A DNA stretch of 64,000 nt, taken from positions 1-64,000 of the IMG/VR virus record IMGVR_UViG_3300044731_002337; one strand, given 5' to 3'. Made by a program: the position numbers and the translations under genes. Positions 60,501 to 64,000 of this stretch are shown here, piece by piece (the first letter of the stretch is position 1; each line of letters starts with the position of its first letter). The notes below the pieces were generated by a model. The model was not told the origin of the DNA. It ran no database searches and was given only the letters and a program-made list of their open reading frames with translations.

Positions 60501-60902
60501 AATATAGAGATTATTCGTATATGTAGTATTGAATCGTTTGGTAAGTGACCCTATATTAATGGTATTGGTAGTGGAAGGTACAAGGGTTGCAGTATCTTCT
60601 AGTGTGATGGTACCACTTGCATTTATAGCTGTAGTGTGAAAAGTTGTCCATCGATGGGTTGAATCGCCAAGAGCAACAGACGAATTAGGTAGGAGACCAT
60701 CAGATTGAATTCCTAGATTCCAAATTCGTAGTTCACCAGCACTATCGCGTAGAGTTCCAGAGCAATTGGTAAAGGATAAAGTACCATCAACCTCTGTGTT
60801 GTTTCTAATCTGAATGATAGAACCTGTAGACGAAAGACTTGGAGTAAAGATGCCATCAGATCCTACTCTGACTTCGGTTTGTGACATGCGAGAATTAGAC
60901 AT
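57600..60902 (-). CDS. Tail-fibre-like protein with lectin-like (ConA-type) insert and C-terminal peptidase S74 chaperone
   Basis: DITDATITNAKLA and ASLNVLKTGDTISG shaft motifs; VQLTPNLQNQQGQL..GADATWFF lectin-like segment; SSDERLKENI..LRPVSYKF..GLLAQQV..SYTEFISPMIKAIQEL. Confidence 0.85.
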   Translation of the reverse strand: MSNSRMSQTEVRVGSDGIFTPSLSSTGSIIQIRNNTEVDGTLSFTNCSGTLRDSAGELRIWNLGIQSDGLLPNSSVALGDSTHRWTTFHTTAINASGTITLEDTATLVPSTTNTINIGSLTKRFNTTYTNNLYIGATDVTSALSYLSNATTQATLTAKLNVGTGISLTSDAITNDGVLSLTQTSNQVLVSATTGHITLSLPQNIHTGASPTFAGLTLTGLSSGSLSIASNGVITSGPAGGLPQDLAETDSPTFTGLTLSGSSSTGIAHLTSGVFSSSLIDNVDITDATITNAKLAAVSSSNTASHLVVRDSSGNFSAGTITASLTGAASLNVLKTGDTISGTLITNALTVSSLSSAGVVHTASNGSGECSTSLIVNADITDGTITTAKLAAVSSDNTVSTIITRDSNGACSVSGITFKESSNTRSSISAGSGLTTVTLNSCDMRFVLGSNSLLLTDSTITRCSLTQNGVKCFDNVRLSLGDSSDLWMFHDGSTTNCMVSGLGRNIDFQSEGASSVITTVFRLDGTNRYLSMLGNRCSYGTSNEMLQYHNNSNGYITLSTGSLNITPSDNSAMGTILNPSAYNSVIQMEDGLGAGSTLRGGYVQGSASKQSGYVQLTPNLQNQQGQLVYRGHPGNSFTMEFELMIGNIAGADATWFFFNNSSVPTNLTANTANCGGYSVVIDEYQDDELNLYWNGGSPSLLLATTNLSTSSSNAGLSSNSWMRIKIVFCINQFWITINEWAVPGFYPFTDTRRTLSQANDYYGFGSFTGGASTTHDIRNIRLSKSNGGPITPMNDISVLGTNGKMAVQDSSAVERFSVTNSGSTSVTGSLSVTGGQGSLNVYSPGTDPNVKTNVVIHTSGKSFMEFGLDNGGGQYTPYLYCDNSTGGRNGGSFAGFVFTTTSTGDMNTRSLYPLATNTYRLGAPSNRYLDSYIGYMYVGVNILPLSNNTSNIGLSGLQFKQIYCETVYQSSDERLKENITDSPLGLSFINALRPVSYKFKDYNVEGPPDANNNTETIHHTYTKTNYGLLAQQVQSTVTNSGLSLNDFAGISYDPEKDSYSLSYTEFISPMIKAIQELSTTLSAVQSRLAIAEEKLTRHNIT

Positions 60903-60937
60903 TTGTTTGTTTCCTTCTTTTTTTAATATGTTTTATT

Positions 60938-61862
60938 TTATTCTTGGTTTGGAAACGAGGAAGAATGGAGTTTACGAAAAGTCTCCTTGTATTTAGGTAA
61001 CCCACCATTTGCTTCAGTATATTCAAACAAGGCCTCAGCTTCGATATCTGAACTGGGAAGATCAATTTCCATAGGATCCATCCATTCTTTAAATTGCATA
61101 TTGATAATGCATTGCCTCATGTCCCCATTAGTTTGGGCGATTAGGTGATCAAGGTCCAAGTCCACCTTTTCTTGTAGGGCAATGAATTGAAGCCGTTGCT
61201 TAATGTGATCATGTCGTAATGGTGCAAATCGAAAGGCCAAACATCTGGATTTGATGGGGTCAATGATCTTGTGTAGATAATTCACGATGAAAATAAAACG
61301 ACAATTCTTCACGTAGGTTTCCATAACTCGTCGTAACAAGAGTTGAGCATCTGATGACAATCCATCCGCTTCATCAAGTATCACTAGTTTAAGACCTTGG
61401 CTACAAATAAAAATAAAACCAAAGTATTAAACATAAATAATCACCCATCAAAGTGGGGTCTTGAAGAAGCAAAAGGTACAACCCTTTGACGCATAATATC
61501 AATTCCATTTTCATCTGAAGCATTAATCTATTGCCAGGTAAGTGTTGATAGCAAAAGAAGAAAAAAAAATACCTCTAGTGTTTCGACAAAATGTTTGGAA
61601 ATAATGTGGGCTGCTGAGGTTTTTCCTATTCCATTCGAGGTGAATAGGGGCGATTACGAATATGGAGAACAACCTGTGCCTGGAGGACCATGGAGGAGCA
61701 TGTGTGGAATATTACCTTTTTCAATCATGCGAGTAACTAGATATAGGTGTATAAAAAAAAACATATGAACATGAATTTACTTGCATGTATGATATCATCT
61801 TGTGAGACCATATCTGAAAAAGTCTTGGGTCGATAAACTTCGGTCCAAAGTCGACAATCCAT
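60938..61862 (-). CDS. RFC: Replication factor C small subunit, complement(join(60938..61400,61445..61527,61573..61625,61674..61736,61781..61862)), 247 aa
   Basis: Four introns (44, 48, 45, 44 nt) restore LWTEVYRPKTF, HMLLHGPPGTGKTS, LEINASDENGID, KLVILDEAD, SRC. Confidence 0.93.
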
Positions 61863-62040
61863 GGGTTTATTAGTATTTTTACCCCGAAAATTGCCCGATC
61901 GGAGGATTAACCCGTAAGTCGGGATAAAAGATTGGGTCGATTCTCGGGCTTGAGTTGGGAATGATGTAGAAAGTCGAAAGTCGGACTTGACATGAATCCC
62001 GGATTTCGGACTAGATGTAAATCCCGGATTTCGGGCTGGA

Positions 62041-62791
62041 TCACAAGAAGTCATCAAGCGCGTGTAAAAGCCGATAATCGCATAAAGGTGATTGTCTCAA
62101 TGTGATGATGGCTTTAAGACGATGGGCTGATTTGAAGGCCGCCTACAATAACTTAATACCGTAAAAAAAATGAAAAAGAAAAAGTAGTACATGATCATAT
62201 TGAAGGGAAGTTTGATGAAGAAAATTGGTCGCTGAGGGTAAAATCCATGCCATGTGTAATAAATCAAGGCGTGTAAGAAGATGATGTAAGAGTAATGAAA
62301 AATCTTCCGGATAATATGTATCAGTATGATTGACTACAATTCCATATCGTCCACCTAAGAAACTATGAATAACGAAAAAAGGACAAGGTTCATTAAGAAA
62401 AAATACCTTGAAGAAGATCACCAGAATGAAGAGTGATGTGTGATGTGCGACGAAATGTTAATAGAGGATAGACAAGAAGTTGGTGTAGTTTCAAGTCGCG
62501 CAGATAAATGTGTTGAAGAGATTCTTTAGAGTGAGTGGCAACGTAATTGTAAAGGGCGTTAGTAAGGTCTTGACTATGTTGTGTAGCATAGTCTGGTAAA
62601 GGTTCAGGTTGACAACATTTCAAATAAATGGCGGTAACAAATTCTTGAATGCTATACTTGGTAAGTAGTTCATTATTCCCAAAATGGATGAATTGGAATT
62701 CACGATAAACATGAATGTCTAGCTTCACCATAAACTTCTCATGTTCTACTGCGAAAAAAAGTTCCGAACACACATCAAAGAAGTGAAACAT
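62041..62791 (-). CDS. Spliced hypothetical protein, complement(join(62041..62142,62191..62354,62407..62791)), 216 aa
   Basis: 52-nt (GTATTT..TTAG) and 48-nt (GTACTA..GTAG) T-rich introns give one continuous frame; no homology support. Confidence 0.6.
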
Positions 62792-62860
62792 GGTTTTTGA
62801 AACATAAACCCAAAAAAAAAGTAAGTTGAGACATCGGAAAGAAAAAAAAAGGAGAAGAAG

Positions 62861-63097
62861 ATGTCGGGAATGCAAATTTTTGTCAAGACGTTAACTGGGA
62901 AAACCATTACATTGGATGTGGATTCAGCGGATACTGTTGCATCGATAAAGCAAAAAATTCAAGATAAGGAAGGGATTCCACCTGACCAACAGAGATTGAT
63001 ATTTGCAGGGAAACAATTGGAAGATGAACGTACTCTTGCCGATTACAATATTCAGAAGGAGTCGACTCTCCATCTAGTATTACGTTTACGAGGCTAA
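62861..63097 (+). CDS. Ubiquitin ending at Gly75 (LRLRG*), with a short MSG leader
   Basis: Near-canonical ubiquitin sequence; codons CGT TTA CGA GGC TAA. Confidence 0.95.
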   Translation: MSGMQIFVKTLTGKTITLDVDSADTVASIKQKIQDKEGIPPDQQRLIFAGKQLEDERTLADYNIQKESTLHLVLRLRG

Positions 63098-64000
63098 TTT
63101 GCCTACAAGACTTGAAATAAAAAGTAATCCATAAATTGGTAAAATGGTCCATAAATAACTATTGTCCGTGTGGATTGGCTTTGCACCTTGTTCATTCGTA
63201 GAGGTATTATAATCATTCGTAGAGGTATCTTGTAGTTTCTTACGACGACGAGGTAGTGGGTTTTGATTATTCGTAGAGGTATCTTGTGGTCTTTGAACAG
63301 AATTTGGTCTTGTTTGTGGTCTGTTGTTGTCGTCAAGCCTTGTTTGTGGTGCATGAGAATCACGTTCAATCACCTTCATATCCTTTTCTGCAATTCTCTG
63401 TTCTATGGCGAAGATTTTGGTAAATTCTTCGAAAAAAATGGTATAATTAGAACTTTTTTTGTTCAAATCTGAGTAGATAATGGTGTCAAAGTAGTTGGAA
63501 TACTGTTCAAGCATTTCCCTAATGATTCTCGCCATGAGTGCGCGGTATCTATCTTGTCGTTCTATTTTGCCATCAAACCAAGCAAATGCGCCACATCCAA
63601 TAGGACCAATAAAAAAATGTTTTGTACGTCGTGCTATAGCGGTGAGAAATATGGTAGTCCACATATCGACAATAGCCCATCTCGTTTCCTGTGTAACACA
63701 GCCTTTTTGGCGTTCGTCAAATTGACCCATTTTCACAACATAATCGATATAAGGTTTTTTATCATGAGCGAAGCATGGTGCAGCTGCAGCAATCATGGGT
63801 AGTTTCATAATAGGGTTTTCCGGATCTAAATGAAGGTGAGTCTTGTTTTTACCTTGGTATTCATACTTTCCATATACAGTCACATTAGGACTTACAATAC
63901 ATCTTTTAAAAGGAATAAACTTACGACTATTTGCATACACTGCCTTTTCAAAGTCTTGTTCATGATACAGTCCTTCACGCTGAATAAACTCTTTAGCGTT
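63086..64000 (-). CDS. Bacterial-type PARG/macrodomain-like (TIGR02452/DUF2263-like) protein, 5' partial, C-terminal membrane anchor
   Basis: [22 protein letters not shown]; frame open to the window end; hydrophobic C-terminus. Confidence 0.6.
   Translation of the reverse strand, partial: NAKEFIQREGLYHEQDFEKAVYANSRKFIPFKRCIVSPNVTVYGKYEYQGKNKTHLHLDPENPIMKLPMIAAAAPCFAHDKKPYIDYVVKMGQFDERQKGCVTQETRWAIVDMWTTIFLTAIARRTKHFFIGPIGCGAFAWFDGKIERQDRYRALMARIIREMLEQYSNYFDTIIYSDLNKKSSNYTIFFEEFTKIFAIEQRIAEKDMKVIERDSHAPQTRLDDNNRPQTRPNSVQRPQDTSTNNQNPLPRRRKKLQDTSTNDYNTSTNEQGAKPIHTDNSYLWTILPIYGLLFISSLVGKLAS
63191..63281 (-). repeat. Three degenerate core-family-1 units (TACCTCTACGAATRA), in frame (TSTN[E/D/N])
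   Basis: + strand ATTCGTAGAGGTA occurs three times; first spacing 21 nt. Confidence 0.7.

Noticed and set aside
61737-62057. 106-aa ORF as called by the track
   Set aside because: Only the part from ATG 61862 is RFC exon 1; the rest is spacer and intron read-through.
1-64000. Assignment to a named virus family, or to a cellular genome
   Set aside because: No capsid, polB or A32 marker in the window; gene density and tail fibres argue against ordinary cellular DNA, but an endogenised virus cannot be excluded.

Overview
AT-rich, gene-dense window that reads like part of a giant eukaryotic dsDNA virus genome (Nucleocytoviricota-like gene content). No capsid, polB or packaging-ATPase marker is present, so the lineage is not assigned. 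It encodes two phage-type tail-fibre proteins with peptidase-S74 chaperone ends, a T4 Rnl1-like RNA ligase, uracil-DNA glycosylase, six kinase-fold proteins, several ankyrin-repeat families and two tandem ~2000-aa DUF3638-like NTPase proteins with a putative N-terminal Cys-protease. It also encodes a RING protein, a sphingomyelinase-like EEP enzyme, LicD, two macrodomain/PARG-like proteins, an RFC small subunit, a frameshifted eIF1, tRNA-Ile(UAU) and a ubiquitin lacking Gly76. By hand I reconstructed 17 short (41-59 nt) GT..YAG introns in 8 genes, which the ORF track splits into fragments; one paralogue family keeps introns at the same positions, with a stop codon inside the donor site. A ~17-nt core (TTACCTCTTCGAATGAA) recurs at seven unlinked loci as 21-27-bp tandem units, both coding and non-coding, and a second 24-bp unit shares its GGTAAC junction. 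A TTTG(G)ATTTTCCG motif sits 36-45 nt upstream of seven ATGs. One ORF looks like a decayed CRESS-virus Rep. All domain calls come from motif recognition by eye, not from database searches.
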